Positions 33,787 to 44,914 of a DNA stretch of 64,000 nucleotides are shown in pieces; position 1 is the first letter of the stretch, and every line of letters begins with the position of its first letter. Both the position numbers and the translations under genes were made by a program. The notes beneath the pieces were generated by a model. That model searched no databases, had not been told where the DNA came from, and saw only the letters and a list, made by a program, of their open reading frames with translations. This stretch comes from Porphyridium purpureum (lineage: Eukaryota), in contig VRMN01000003.1 of the NCBI GenBank assembly GCA_008690995.1, positions 248,001-312,000 on the forward strand, in the 5' to 3' direction.

Positions 33787-34971
33787 TTAACTGTGTGATG
33801 GTTTCATCTGCATCATGGTCATGGCGACTACAAATGCAACCAGAAGTGCGCCGCCCAACATCAACACCACACGATACTGAAGGATGACATAGCAAATCAC
33901 ACATGTCAAAGGAATGACTAAACTCAAAAAAGCGAGCAGCGAATGGAAGTCAGGTATAGGCTCTGAAACCTCTTGCCACTCCTGTAACGCCTCTCGCCTT
34001 CCCGGGGCCGTCTGCAGCCGGCCCAACAGAATATCCTTCTTCTGCCACACGTTCGCAAGCCATTCTTCCGAGTCGTCGATAGACACTGCGTCTGTTTTGG
34101 TCACAAAGATTAAAATCTCGCCTTCGTACGAGCCAGACAAAACCTGCTGAAGCGAATAAGACTCCTCCAACCACACGGTGATGTCCAGCACGCCGGTCAC
34201 CTGCGTACGCAGCCCATCGAGTAGGACATTGAAAGCCTTGAACCTCGGGTACAGTAGATTCTGGAGCACCGGCAGTCCGCGTTCTCTGCAGAAAGCCTGA
34301 CTCAAAGCAAGCTTTTCGCTCGACATGCGGGTTCCTTCCGGATACAGCCCGAGCCACAGCGGAGGCGGATAGTCGCGCATGTTTTCGCACCACTTCATTA
34401 GACGAGCGCGGTCCGTTTCCCAACGCCGCTCTAGAAAAACAAAATCGAGAGCCGCAAAGATCTGCCCAATGACGGGGACGTACTGAAGACTCCTTTTCAC
34501 GACGCACTTGAGACTGCCGGCCATGGGGTAACCGCATTGGTGCGCGAGCGCCATGGCGATGAGCCAATCGAGATCGCCCTGGTGGTTGCAAACGCCGAGA
34601 AAGCTGCAGCCATTTAGATCGGAAAGCCGCGCGAGCTTAGGACGGGGCTGAAACTCCGCATTTGCGTCGTCTGCCGTTGCCTCTGTCGCTTGCTGCGCAT
34701 TGCCAGTGAATTGGTCTCCATCGCCGGGGCCCGAGTCGATTGGAACAAATGCGCGCACCTTGAGCGCCGACCAGCGGGACAGCAGGTACGGCGCCAAGCT
34801 AAAGAAGCAGTCTGCGATGTCGCGGTTCCATTGGCGCGCGCGGCGGTGATAGCCGAGCGCGCGCGAGACGATGACCCGGACGCAAATCTGCGCGAGCGCC
34901 ACCCAAATCCCGCACACAAACACGACCAGCACGAACGCGCCTGCTCTCAGCGCGGCAACCGACGCGTGCAT
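33787..34971 (-). CDS. 1-acylglycerol-3-phosphate acyltransferase (LPAAT/AGPAT family)
   Basis: NHQGDLD (NHx4D), FLER.W..D, YPEGTR and LYPR motifs; start uncertain (frame open to 35367). Confidence 0.88.
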   Translation of the reverse strand: MHASVAALRAGAFVLVVFVCGIWVALAQICVRVIVSRALGYHRRARQWNRDIADCFFSLAPYLLSRWSALKVRAFVPIDSGPGDGDQFTGNAQQATEATADDANAEFQPRPKLARLSDLNGCSFLGVCNHQGDLDWLIAMALAHQCGYPMAGSLKCVVKRSLQYVPVIGQIFAALDFVFLERRWETDRARLMKWCENMRDYPPPLWLGLYPEGTRMSSEKLALSQAFCRERGLPVLQNLLYPRFKAFNVLLDGLRTQVTGVLDITVWLEESYSLQQVLSGSYEGEILIFVTKTDAVSIDDSEEWLANVWQKKDILLGRLQTAPGRREALQEWQEVSEPIPDFHSLLAFLSLVIPLTCVICYVILQYRVVLMLGGALLVAFVVAMTMMQMKPSHS

Positions 34972-36116
34972 GCGGACGGGCGCGCTCCAACACGGCTCAC
35001 GAACCAGGGGGGAACCCGTCCACCCGTTCCGCACGGCAGCGCGCGAACGAATCGAACCCCACCGGTCCGCGAGCGCGGGCGGTACAGCGAGTGTACCGCA
35101 AGCAGAGGTACACTCGGCCGATGTGCGGAGCGCGTCGTCTCCATCGCTGAACGTGTAGCGACTGAATGCCGTTGCCAATCCCCTGATGAGCAAGGGAAAT
35201 TCTCTGTGTGTTGGGCTGGAGTGCACGGCGCGGGCGAGGCGCACATCGACTGGTACGTGGTTACTCGTTCGAGACCTTTTCCGTGCTTTGCCGACGGTCT
35301 TCCATCGATGCAACTCCTTCACATAGGCGCTTGGGCGAGCGAAGTCGGCTTTCCGATGGGAGCCCACCTATTTCAGCGACAAAGCCGTGACTGAACAAGG
35401 TGATGAGAATGCGCGCGAGAGCGCCTCATGTAATGGGTGTGTCTGAGGTGTCGCCGCGTTACAAGCGGTAGCAAAAGAGGGAATGAGACTGGAGCTGTGT
35501 GGCGGAATGAGAATCTGCGTGTGTGTCGCGTTGTCCGATGGTTTCTGGGGAGGCTGGCGTGAAAAAAATGGATGGTGCACCCTATTTCAGTGTAACCGCA
35601 TAACAGCGTGCACGCTGGTGGTTATTTTTGCGCGACAGAACCCGCCGGGGGAAGAAACGAATTTTTTGGATGATTTTGAGGGGGACTGAAGGAGACACGT
35701 TCACTTGGCGCGCTTTTTTGCATGCTGACGCGGACGCCCGAAGGCAAAAGGGTCAAAGCGGCGGAGACACCTGGGGTCATTTTCGCTGCTGCATGATCAC
35801 TCAGCGCAGTGCATTGTGTGCGTGGGGCACGCTCTCTCTCTGCCTCCAGTGTTGGTGTCATGGAAAGCCGCCGAATCGTGCGTGACGCGTGGACTGCGAA
35901 TGTCGGCCTGTTTGAGTAGCATGGTTGCTGTGCTTGCCAGCCTGAAGACGAAAAAGCAAAACACAACCAAAAAAAAAGAAGCGATCAAGCAAACTCGTCA
36001 ACACGCTACATGGCGGTCTTTCGCCACGCCGCGGCCACGCGCAGGTCCTTGGAACCCACGCAGAAACGGGCCTCAAACGCGCGTCCTAATCGCCATTGGG
36101 GCGGGTGGGCATTTAG

Positions 36117-36147
<31 letters not shown>

Positions 36148-36498
36148 GGTGGCGGTGTTTTTGGTAGGCTCCTGTTTGTTTCGTTTTCGTCGGAACGATC
36201 GTGGTCGACGCTCTTTCATAGTCATGAGCACCGCACGGTGCGGATCCACTGTTCACCCCGTGCCTGCTCGCGCACCGCGCGCTGTTATCTGTACGGCGTG
36301 CGATCGTTACACGCGTACGACGCGGCGTGGGAAGTATACGCGCTCGCACGTGGAGGTACAAAGCCGCGGCGACGCGACCCGGAAGCGAGTCGGCATCGGC
36401 GCGCCTCGCTGCCCAAAGAGGTTCGGCGAACGTGCACAGCGGCCGGCTCGTTGCAGGTTTGTTCCCAAGGCACGCAAGCAACGGAACAGCCCTAGGAC

Positions 36499-38010
36499 AT
36501 GGCCGCGGCAGCTGACTTTCCGCACGCAGCCGTTAGCCTCTTTCTAGACTTTGAGGATGACCAGCGCGTCTGGGCAGGCCTCTTGGCCCTTTTTGAAGTC
36601 GCGAGCGTGCGGCAATGGCTCCTCTCGCAGGATAATGTAGGCACGGCCATGCAACTTGGTGAGGAGTCGATGAGCATGGTGGAAGCCTTCCAGCGCCTAG
36701 ACCGCAACCAATACACCGGCTACGCTTCACTGACGCCGGTCCGAGCGTGCGGCTGGTTTTACGCTGCGATCACGCAGACGCTCAACGGCACGTTGATCCC
36801 GTCGGAGTATACGGGGTTGCCACCCTCGCCGCGCGACACAGCCGCGGTAAGCACGGGTGGGATGGCCTTTGGTTCCTCTAAACAGAAATGCTCTGTGTGC
36901 TTCTTTGCGAGCGCACAAATGTTGGTGACTGTAAACGTGCAGGTTCTACAGGACGGGCGCTTGCGTATCCAATGCGGTGCAACTGAGCCCGGCGCTTTCA
37001 TCGGACTGCATGAATTCGTTGCGGTGGTCGGCACGTCCTTCTATCAATTCCGTGCATTCATGGGATGGCGCAACCCAGAACTCTCCCAATTGTGTTCGCG
37101 TGGCGGGTTCCACGTCCAGCAACCATCCTGGGCAGCAGTGCGGGACCTATTTAGCGCGGTCCAGATGAGAGACGATGTGGAGTATATGATGAGTAGCGTC
37201 ATTGTCGATCCGCACGGCCGGGTGCTCGCGGAAGAAAGATTCCCGTTCCGAATTACGTATACATTTCCAGGTTCCGGAGACCGAAGCATGCATGAAGGTC
37301 CGCGGGCGTACAGCCAGAGTTTTCCGAAGTGTCAACCAGAGTGGATGGCAGCGGAGCTCCCTCGAAAGCTGTCGCTTGACAGGCTCCAGCGCTACCAACA
37401 GTATCAGCAGCAGCAGCAGCAGCAGTATCCTTTTTATCCGCATCGACCCTACGCAACGGCGCATGTGTATGGGGTAAACGCAGGTCCGCCGGCTGAGTAT
37501 GGAACTGCTCTATCTCCCAATCAAGGAAGGTCGCCAGGTTCAGACAGCGCAGATCAGGGTTCTGGAGGCGCAGCAGTAGAAGGAGGCAACTTCACCCGAT
37601 CACAATCGCAGCGACCTGCACTGCCGCCCATAGAACTGGGTGTCGACTACGTAGTACGCTCCGATCTCGCTCCAGAAGACACAAAAACCATGATGTGTTT
37701 GAGGTGCTCGCTCGCATTCCGCCAAATCAGTCATCTGAAGGAGCACATTAATGCCATCCACCGCGGCTTACGTCCGCACGTGTGCGAAATATGCAAGCAG
37801 ACCTTCACACGCGCGGGCAATTTGAAGCAGCATGAGCGACAGGTGCATTCAGACGAGCGTCCATATGCATGCGATCAGTGTGGTAAGTCCTTCAAGTTGC
37901 CTGCGCGCCTAAAAACGCACGTTCGCGAGGTGCATGGCGTACTTACGTCGTCACCGGCTGAAGCGAAGCAGGATAACTCCTCTGCGTCCACTTCGCAGGA
38001 CTCGAGCTAG
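36499..38010 (+). CDS. C2H2 zinc-finger transcription factor (3 C-terminal fingers, poly-Q)
   Basis: CLRC..H...H, CEIC..H...H and CDQC..H...H, with RPH/ERPY linkers. Confidence 0.88.
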   Translation: MAAAADFPHAAVSLFLDFEDDQRVWAGLLALFEVASVRQWLLSQDNVGTAMQLGEESMSMVEAFQRLDRNQYTGYASLTPVRACGWFYAAITQTLNGTLIPSEYTGLPPSPRDTAAVSTGGMAFGSSKQKCSVCFFASAQMLVTVNVQVLQDGRLRIQCGATEPGAFIGLHEFVAVVGTSFYQFRAFMGWRNPELSQLCSRGGFHVQQPSWAAVRDLFSAVQMRDDVEYMMSSVIVDPHGRVLAEERFPFRITYTFPGSGDRSMHEGPRAYSQSFPKCQPEWMAAELPRKLSLDRLQRYQQYQQQQQQQYPFYPHRPYATAHVYGVNAGPPAEYGTALSPNQGRSPGSDSADQGSGGAAVEGGNFTRSQSQRPALPPIELGVDYVVRSDLAPEDTKTMMCLRCSLAFRQISHLKEHINAIHRGLRPHVCEICKQTFTRAGNLKQHERQVHSDERPYACDQCGKSFKLPARLKTHVREVHGVLTSSPAEAKQDNSSASTSQDSS

Positions 38011-38465
38011 AGTTCTATTTCACCCCCTCTATCGGTCACCGCCTGTTGTTGGGGTGCTTCTTTTCAAGCCGACCAGCCAGCTTGTGTGAGGAGTGGTTTA
38101 TGGATTGGCCAGGAGAAAGGAGTCTTGCAAAGTGTATGCCGTGGAGATATTTGCGGACCTTTGGAAGGTGTGAGGTAGCTCCCGCGCGGTGCAAGTTTGC
38201 AAACGACTCGCGTGACAGTGGCACCCACGAATGAACATAGCAATTTTACGATCATGTATGATTCAATATCTCACACTGCCTTTCAGTCAGTCATCTACGG
38301 AGCATGGTTATCATTTCTGCAGCGGCCGACGAGAAGCACGTCGGGAAGCAAAGAAACACAGTAAAGCCGGCCTCCGTTCTCTTCCGTGCACACCGAGAGT
38401 CACTTGACGTGGGGGGGGGGGCTCGGATCTGCGCGCTTTCTGAGAAGTCACATCTAAAACAACCC

Positions 38466-39188
38466 TTACGGCTGCTGCTGCGCCTTCTGCACTTGTTGAA
38501 GACGCTGCTGGTGAACCGGATTAGGCGGCGCACGTCGTACTGGTTTCGGATCATCACCGTACCCGGGCACTCTGACATTCCAGTTTTTTTCTGAAATTTC
38601 AATCACGCACGAAAATTCCGTCAACATTCGTCATTCACATCGAAAGAGGTACGGCCAAGAGGAAAAGACGACAACGTTCCGCTGTTAGTGGTTCCATCCT
38701 ACCACGCACCCGCCGAACAAATCACACGTCGCGCGTGTGCGTGAGGCGAAAGAAATCAAGGAAAACAAAGATGCGTACAAATCCATCCAACGTACCTAGA
38801 TGCATCTGAATGTCGCGAGCCTCAAGTGTGGTTCCCCCGCGATGTCTTGCCAACTTGCACGCCTGCTCTGTCACGGATTCGATAAACTCTTCTGCGTGCG
38901 CACGAAGCATCTGCACGGCGCATTCAACAATCGCATCGAGGAGAAAAGGCGCACAAAAAACATGCATATGTCTCAATTTTAACATAATCAGTACATGCGC
39001 AGACGACAAAAGAGGCAGGAACAACTGATACTTCGACTGACACAAAACGAGCCGCGCGGCCAACCTACCTCCTCAACTTCCGGCCGGAGAGTCTCTCCCG
39101 GCGCTACTTCCTGTAGAAGCTCCGTGAGCTTCGCGCTCGAGATGATTTCCCTCGGGTCTGACGCATGCAAGTTGACGTTGTGCGACAT
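38466..39188 (-). CDS. TAF12: TFIID subunit 12 (histone fold), three exons: 39188-39069, 38910-38796, 38590-38466
   Basis: Manual splicing at GTAGGT..CAG and GTACGT..CAG gives KLTELLQEV..PEVEEML...EEFIESV..ACKLARHR...LEARDIQMHLEKNWNVRVPGYG...HQQRL. Confidence 0.9.
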
Positions 39189-39538
39189 GGCGGCCACCGC
39201 GGCGTGGTTTCCTGTCTCTCCCGACGCGCTTCCACCAGTGCGTTCGTTCGCTCTCCCTTCACGCGCTCCCGCGTGACCCAGACCGAAATCAGGACAGTAC
39301 TTAGAGTATTGTCCCAAGGAACCCTAGCAAGACTTTTAACCGTGCGGCAGCAAGCTGAGTGCATTTGGCCGCCAACACCGCCACAGGCGATGCAGCGCTT
39401 GGCACGTGGCTACGGAGAAAACAATGTCGTCTCTTTATCGCACATCTACACGGCCCTGGCGCGCTCAGTTTTCCTCATGGCGTCCGCCGCGGATCAGTAA
39501 ACATGGAAACAGCCCAACAGACTAAGGCCCGCGGCGCT

Positions 39539-40201
39539 TCACAGCCACGATAGATCATTTGTGCCTACATGGCTCGGAGTCCTCCCCTGTGCCACAAATT
39601 CGTCCCTTTCCATGGTCTCGTGCCGAAATTGTTCTGGTACTGGAGTACCGGCGGCAGTTCGGTTGAGAAGCTCCGGGTTGTGCTCGCGCATGAAGTCCTG
39701 GACAGTGCCCGGGTACTCATGAAACCCAGAAAGCAACGTGGCCATCCCAAAACAGCCAAGCTCATCTTTCAGCTGGCTGAAGGTGCAGTCCTTCTGAAAG
39801 GTACGCAAAATGGCCAGTGCTGGGTTATCGACGTCCGCACGCACGCTGCGTTGCATTCCCGTGTGGATAATGCCATCGCTTTCAAAGATGCCCTTGATAA
39901 TGCGTTTGTGCCGAGGCACCTTGTGCCCCAGCGTGTTTCTCAAGTAGGCTAGCTGTTCCTTGACCTGCTCCAAGTCCATGTTCTTGAGATTGAGCACGCG
40001 CATGTAGCGGTTCCTGTACACGCCCAGCACGCGCGGGTGAGCGCCGATGCGGACTTTTGTCTCGATATTGAAGCTCGGGTTTGCTTTTGCCCAGTCCACC
40101 AGCTCCATTCGAATGTAATCTCGCACGCCGCGGCTACTTCCACCGTTCGTGCAGTACCGGATCAGCACCCTCTCTAAATCCCAGACTCCGCGCCGCGCCA
40201 T
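39539..40201 (-). CDS. MRPL43: Mitochondrial ribosomal protein mL43 (L51/S25/CI-B8 domain)
   Basis: MARRGVW.L....YC..GGSSRGVR..I.....A..NP and HP....Y.N motifs. Confidence 0.85.
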   Translation of the reverse strand: MARRGVWDLERVLIRYCTNGGSSRGVRDYIRMELVDWAKANPSFNIETKVRIGAHPRVLGVYRNRYMRVLNLKNMDLEQVKEQLAYLRNTLGHKVPRHKRIIKGIFESDGIIHTGMQRSVRADVDNPALAILRTFQKDCTFSQLKDELGCFGMATLLSGFHEYPGTVQDFMREHNPELLNRTAAGTPVPEQFRHETMERDEFVAQGRTPSHVGTNDLSWL

Positions 40202-40318
40202 CGTGCCTTTTCCCGTCGCCGAGCTTCCGTCCAGATCCACCGCGCGCCCGCCAAAACAAAACCTTCCCAGGAATTTGCACTCGACATGTCTGTGTTGCGG
40301 TCTGACAACAACACCTCA

Positions 40319-41428
40319 ATGAACGTGGCGGCGATGGTCATGGTGAGAAGTTCCCTGTCATACGTGTCGTATCTTCCCGGTGCTGACGGTGCGCGGCCGC
40401 CATCTTCGGTATTGGCTGAGCGCACAGAAGTTGTATGCAATCGTCTGCGAGAGCGCGGGCGCTTCGTGCGCGCGCCAGTAGCGCGGAGCGCTCGTCGCGT
40501 ATGGTCACCTGGCCATCATCGCGCTCCGGCGCGTGTGCGAATGGAAAATAGCATCCAGCAGTGGGCTGCGCCAGCCAAGGAAGACATGGACAAGGTGGCT
40601 GAGGTGGCGCGATCGGCCGCTAGAGAGGCCGGTGCCATCATGAGGCGTAGCATCGGCGCCCCAGTCCTGAAAACAAAGTACAATCCAAAAGATTTGCTGA
40701 CTGCAGTGGACGGCGAATGTCAGACTATTTTGGAAAAACGCATTACGGAAGCGTTTCCGGATCATGCCATTCTGGGCGAGGAGAGCGTCGCGCCGGGCGC
40801 CCAGGCCAGTGCGAACGCGCTTTCAGAAGTGATTTCCGCGGGCAATGACTGGGTGTGGATCCTGGATCCTGTTGATGGGACGCTGAATTTCGCGTTTTCG
40901 ATCCCGCTCTCGTGTGTGTCAATTGGCGTTGCTTTTGGCGGCGTGTGCGTGGTGGGCGTGATTTACGATCCGTATCGCGATGAGATGTATACGGCACTGA
41001 AGGGCCACGGCGCGACACTGAACGGGGATAAGATGGTGGTGTCTCAGTCCGCACGTTCTGTGGAGCAAGCTGTGATCGGTGCTGGGTCCCCGCCGAATCC
41101 GGGGAGCATTAAGCCGTCGCTTCGAGGCATCTCAGCATTGATGCCGGAATGCCTGACAATCCGATGCCTCGGCAGCGCCGCACTCATGCTCGCGTTTGTG
41201 GCATGCGGCCGGCTCACTTGCTACTTTGAACCCGACCTTAACTCTTGGGATCTACACGCAGGCGCGCTTCTCACGCTGGAGGCCGGCGGTGTTGTTACCG
41301 AACTGGATGGGTCCGAATACTCGATCTCCAGCAGGGCGGTTCTTGTCAGCAATTGTGAACCCGTACACTCGCAGGTCTTGTCCATCCTGCAGAGCGTGCA
41401 TGTGACAGGTCTGGATCCTGAGGCATGA
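40319..41428 (+). CDS. Inositol monophosphatase family protein, probably organelle-targeted
   Basis: ILGEE, WILDPVDGTLNF, GSAAL and WD..AG motifs. Confidence 0.9.
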   Translation: MNVAAMVMVRSSLSYVSYLPGADGARPPSSVLAERTEVVCNRLRERGRFVRAPVARSARRVWSPGHHRAPARVRMENSIQQWAAPAKEDMDKVAEVARSAAREAGAIMRRSIGAPVLKTKYNPKDLLTAVDGECQTILEKRITEAFPDHAILGEESVAPGAQASANALSEVISAGNDWVWILDPVDGTLNFAFSIPLSCVSIGVAFGGVCVVGVIYDPYRDEMYTALKGHGATLNGDKMVVSQSARSVEQAVIGAGSPPNPGSIKPSLRGISALMPECLTIRCLGSAALMLAFVACGRLTCYFEPDLNSWDLHAGALLTLEAGGVVTELDGSEYSISSRAVLVSNCEPVHSQVLSILQSVHVTGLDPEA

Positions 41429-41699
41429 TAGCAGTTGTTCTTCAGTATTGTGCAAAGCCTCATGACAGACCACGTAGATGTCGCACAGTTCAGAAGTTGG
41501 CCTTAGGCGCAAGTAAAAAGTAATGGGCTATTTTATTTCCTTGGAACGAGATTTTGGTCATCTGTCTCTCATGTAAGAACTGCGCTCGCAAGAGTAACGC
41601 GAGGCATGCGAAGCAGAACACGCCTTGATTCATGAGCAGCACCGGCATATGATGTGGCGACGACGGCAAGATAATGTCGAGACATTGAACCTGTCATCT

Positions 41700-42752
41700 A
41701 TGACACCAGCATGTCCGTTGCTGCTATTCTTGACTGCAGTGTATTTTGCGGGGGCGACGGAAGCAGCGAACGGGCAAGTGGGCGATGACGAGCTAAAGCG
41801 AGTGTACAGTCCCGCATTGCCATCGCTTTCGTCGACACAGATGCCACCACCACTGCAGCCACGTGAGGATTCCGATTTCCATCTCCTTTTTTGCGACCAG
41901 AATTGTGCGTTCTGCATCGCAGAACCGTTCGGCAGCTGCCAGCCATCGAGAGTTGCAAATGACACGCTATTCTTGCGCGGCGTGGCTCTGTCCTGTTCCG
42001 AGAACTCGCGCAATAACAGCGCTAGCTGGCACCAGTGCTCGAATGCTGAGTGCACTGAGGACTGCAAGGATTTTGAAGCCACCTTTTTCACGGAGGCGTT
42101 TTGCAATGTGGAACATGGCATCAGCTTTATTTGCCCTGACAGTCATTGCTTCCCTGGGTCAAGCGAGCTGGAGCGCGAGGATGGCTCACACGTCCGGATG
42201 GATCAAGTTGCACCTGGTGAACGAGTGCGTGTTTCAAGTACAGAATTCAGTCCCATTTACATGTGGGGTCACCACGAGCGTGCAGCGGCAGGCACGCCCA
42301 TGAGACGCGTGCACTTGCAAAATATCTCCAGTGCTCCACTGGATCTTTCGCCTGATCATCTGCTCCCACTGCGCCGCGGGTACCGGATTGCCGCAAAGCT
42401 CGTGGTACCGGCGTCCGAAGTGCATGTCGGTGACTGGCTGCAGCGCAGCGATGGAGAGTGGTACATGGTGAGCTCTGTCTCAAATTTTATCATGATGGCT
42501 CCGGACGGCAAATTCGCGCCACATACGCTACACGGAAATTTGGCCGTCAGCGGTGTTGTGGTTTCCTCTTACACTGCTCTGATTAGACCTCATGTGGCAC
42601 ATAGCCTCCTCGCTGCCTTTCGCTTCGCGTACAAATGCGCGACCCGATACGGGCAGGGATCTCTGGGCTCTTCTATGCACTTCATTACTCCTCCCGGTTT
42701 CCGGCCAATGTTGGTGTCCTACTTGCTATCCCTCAGTCGGCAGGCGGCTTGA
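41700..42752 (+). CDS. Secreted Hedgehog-type Hint (Hog) domain protein
   Basis: Signal peptide; Cys-rich N-domain; H|CFPG at 42147; SPDH; G.FAP.T..G...V.GVVVS.Y; downstream HVAHSLLA.FR. An upstream ATG at 41649 is possible. Confidence 0.85.
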   Translation: MTPACPLLLFLTAVYFAGATEAANGQVGDDELKRVYSPALPSLSSTQMPPPLQPREDSDFHLLFCDQNCAFCIAEPFGSCQPSRVANDTLFLRGVALSCSENSRNNSASWHQCSNAECTEDCKDFEATFFTEAFCNVEHGISFICPDSHCFPGSSELEREDGSHVRMDQVAPGERVRVSSTEFSPIYMWGHHERAAAGTPMRRVHLQNISSAPLDLSPDHLLPLRRGYRIAAKLVVPASEVHVGDWLQRSDGEWYMVSSVSNFIMMAPDGKFAPHTLHGNLAVSGVVVSSYTALIRPHVAHSLLAAFRFAYKCATRYGQGSLGSSMHFITPPGFRPMLVSYLLSLSRQAA

Positions 42753-42970
42753 GGTGTGGGCCTGCCGATCCCGCCGTGCGTGCTCTCGGTCAGCAGTCTA
42801 GTAGGCATTGACTTCATCTTTCACATGAGCGGAGTCACGTGTACCCGCGCGGAATAAAGCCGGTCTTCTTGCGAAACAAAGTCAGGCCTATCGCGAAAGT
42901 ACGTGTGAGGCCAGGGCTTTGTGACGAGTCTTTCTCTGAACGCTGGTCCCCCAAAGTCGGCGCGGACTCT

Positions 42971-43366
42971 TTACTTGCGCGGGCATTCGCGTGACTCATG
43001 TCCTGGCTCTCCACACTTGTAACATGTTTTCTGGAACATCTGCGGAAACGGACAGTCTGCCGCCAAATGACCTGCCTCACGACAGTTTCTGCACAGGACA
43101 GGTTTCGAGCAGTCCCTTGCGTAGTGCCCCTCGTCACCGCATCTGTAGCAGCCAGTAGTCGTGAACGGTTTTGGTCCGACAGTTTTGACTCCTCCAGAGG
43201 TGGACTCGTCATGACAGAATCGCACCGACGCGCAAGCCCCTCTGAATGAAGAGTGCTTCATCGGCGGCGACCGCAATCCCCCCGGCGGCATCCATAGCGC
43301 TAGGACCGCACGGCGCACTGGGGCGCCACGCAGCGCTACTACATGCATCAATGAAGCAGACATCAT
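42971..43366 (-). CDS. CCHC zinc-knuckle protein (3 knuckles) with Arg-rich presequence-like N-terminus
   Basis: CYRCGDEGHYARDC, CRNCREAGHLAADC, CYKCGEPGHESREC. Confidence 0.78.
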   Translation of the reverse strand: MMSASLMHVVALRGAPVRRAVLALWMPPGGLRSPPMKHSSFRGACASVRFCHDESTSGGVKTVGPKPFTTTGCYRCGDEGHYARDCSKPVLCRNCREAGHLAADCPFPQMFQKTCYKCGEPGHESRECPRK

Positions 43367-44101
43367 GCGTCGTCTCGGTGCCCTCAACACGATTCTCTTG
43401 ACGGACGCTTACAACTTTTACTGAGCCCTATTGGTTTCGGATGGTGTAGTGGCGGCGCCAAAGTCGTCACCGGAGCAGGAGAGGTGTAGCTGGCTACGTT
43501 TGTTAAGTTCGACTATTTTCGAGCGGGATAGTTCTCAAACATGTCCATCATCGCAATTTCTCCTTCTGTCAACCTTGCTCTCTCTGTATCTTTTTCAATG
43601 ACTCGCATGTGTACTTGTACACGATAAATCGGCCGCTGTCCCGACATTCTGAACCCAATTTTCTGATGCACAGCCTATGTTGCCGTGAATTGTGGCAGGC
43701 GTGTGCTCGTAGAGACGGGCTTGCCAGAAGTAATAGTTCTTTCTCATGCGTCTGCTTTGGATTTCAAACAGGCCTTCGACGTTCCTGAAGTTTGAGCACG
43801 CAGATAGCGGTAATTGATGACAGCGCTGATCCTCTCCTTGCATTTACACGCAAACGCACGCGCGTGTACACGCATTCTCTGTCTCCCTATCTTTCTCTCT
43901 ACCTCGCCTTCTTTTTCCTCCCGATAAATGCAGTTCCTTTACCAGGCGCCATCACCACTAGCATGCGACACCTCACACATCAAAAGCTAACTATGCGTAC
44001 ATCTCGCACGTGTGCAAACATAACCATATTTCTGAATCCATCCTTCCCCACTCAAGTAGATCCGCACACGTGAGACCACCTCGACGTTCACCTGCATTGC
44101 C

Positions 44102-44914
44102 TTAGTTGCTGCAATTCGCCGCGATATGCCCCGGACGAGAGCACTTGTAACACACGGTTCCTGTCGGGCAATCACGAGAGCGATGGCCAGGAAGATTACA
44201 CGAGAAGCACAAATCAGAGGAAGAGGACGGCTGAGAGCAGTCTCTCGCAAAGTGCCCGTCTTCTCCGCAATTCCTACACCCGCTTCCGCCAAACCCGCCT
44301 CCTCCTCTCCCGCCCCTCATACCACCGCGGAATCCACCTCGGCCCCGACTCGCGGCGCCGCCATAGCCGCCACCGAAGCCGCCGCCAAAGCCGCCGCCGT
44401 ATCCACCCGCCGTGCAATCACGCCCATTATGTCCTGACTGCCGGCACTTGTAGCACACACCTCGGGGAATATTATTCGGACACTCACGCTTATAATGCCC
44501 TTTGCCATCGCATGTTCTGCACGCCTCGCCGCTGGCATTGTCCCTTGAACCCTCGGGCGAGCTGCACATGAACGACATATGCCCGTGGCCGCCACAGCGG
44601 TAGCAGTCCTTCACCTCACGCGGCGGCCGATCCTGGTCGTCATCACCTTGCCTAAAGCTTGGCTGGTACACCTCGCCATCGCCGTACTCATTCTCCACGG
44701 CCTTCACCTTCTCTGGGCGCTGCTGCTCGTCGTCATCTTCCTCATTCCTACCCTCACTATCCTCGTCGTCGCCTCGCACACGCTTGCGTTCGACTTTCTC
44801 CTCTTCCGTCACGGCCGCTTCGGTCACAGGTTCCGCGACCCCTTCAGGTGCGGCCTCAGCGGCACCCTTTTCCTCTTCCACCACCACAGCGACGGTCTCC
44901 TTCTCCTCCGCCAT
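44102..44914 (-). CDS. CNBP/GIS2-like RNA-binding protein (6 CCHC knuckles, RGG box, acidic N-terminus)
   Basis: Six Cx2Cx4Hx4C motifs plus an RGRGGFRGG segment. Confidence 0.88.
   Translation of the reverse strand: MAEEKETVAVVVEEEKGAAEAAPEGVAEPVTEAAVTEEEKVERKRVRGDDEDSEGRNEEDDDEQQRPEKVKAVENEYGDGEVYQPSFRQGDDDQDRPPREVKDCYRCGGHGHMSFMCSSPEGSRDNASGEACRTCDGKGHYKRECPNNIPRGVCYKCRQSGHNGRDCTAGGYGGGFGGGFGGGYGGAASRGRGGFRGGMRGGRGGGGFGGSGCRNCGEDGHFARDCSQPSSSSDLCFSCNLPGHRSRDCPTGTVCYKCSRPGHIAANCSN

Noticed and set aside
36119..36146. (GTGC)n tetranucleotide repeat upstream of the C2H2 gene
   Set aside because: Ordinary microsatellite, like the CA and GA tracts seen near other 5' ends here.
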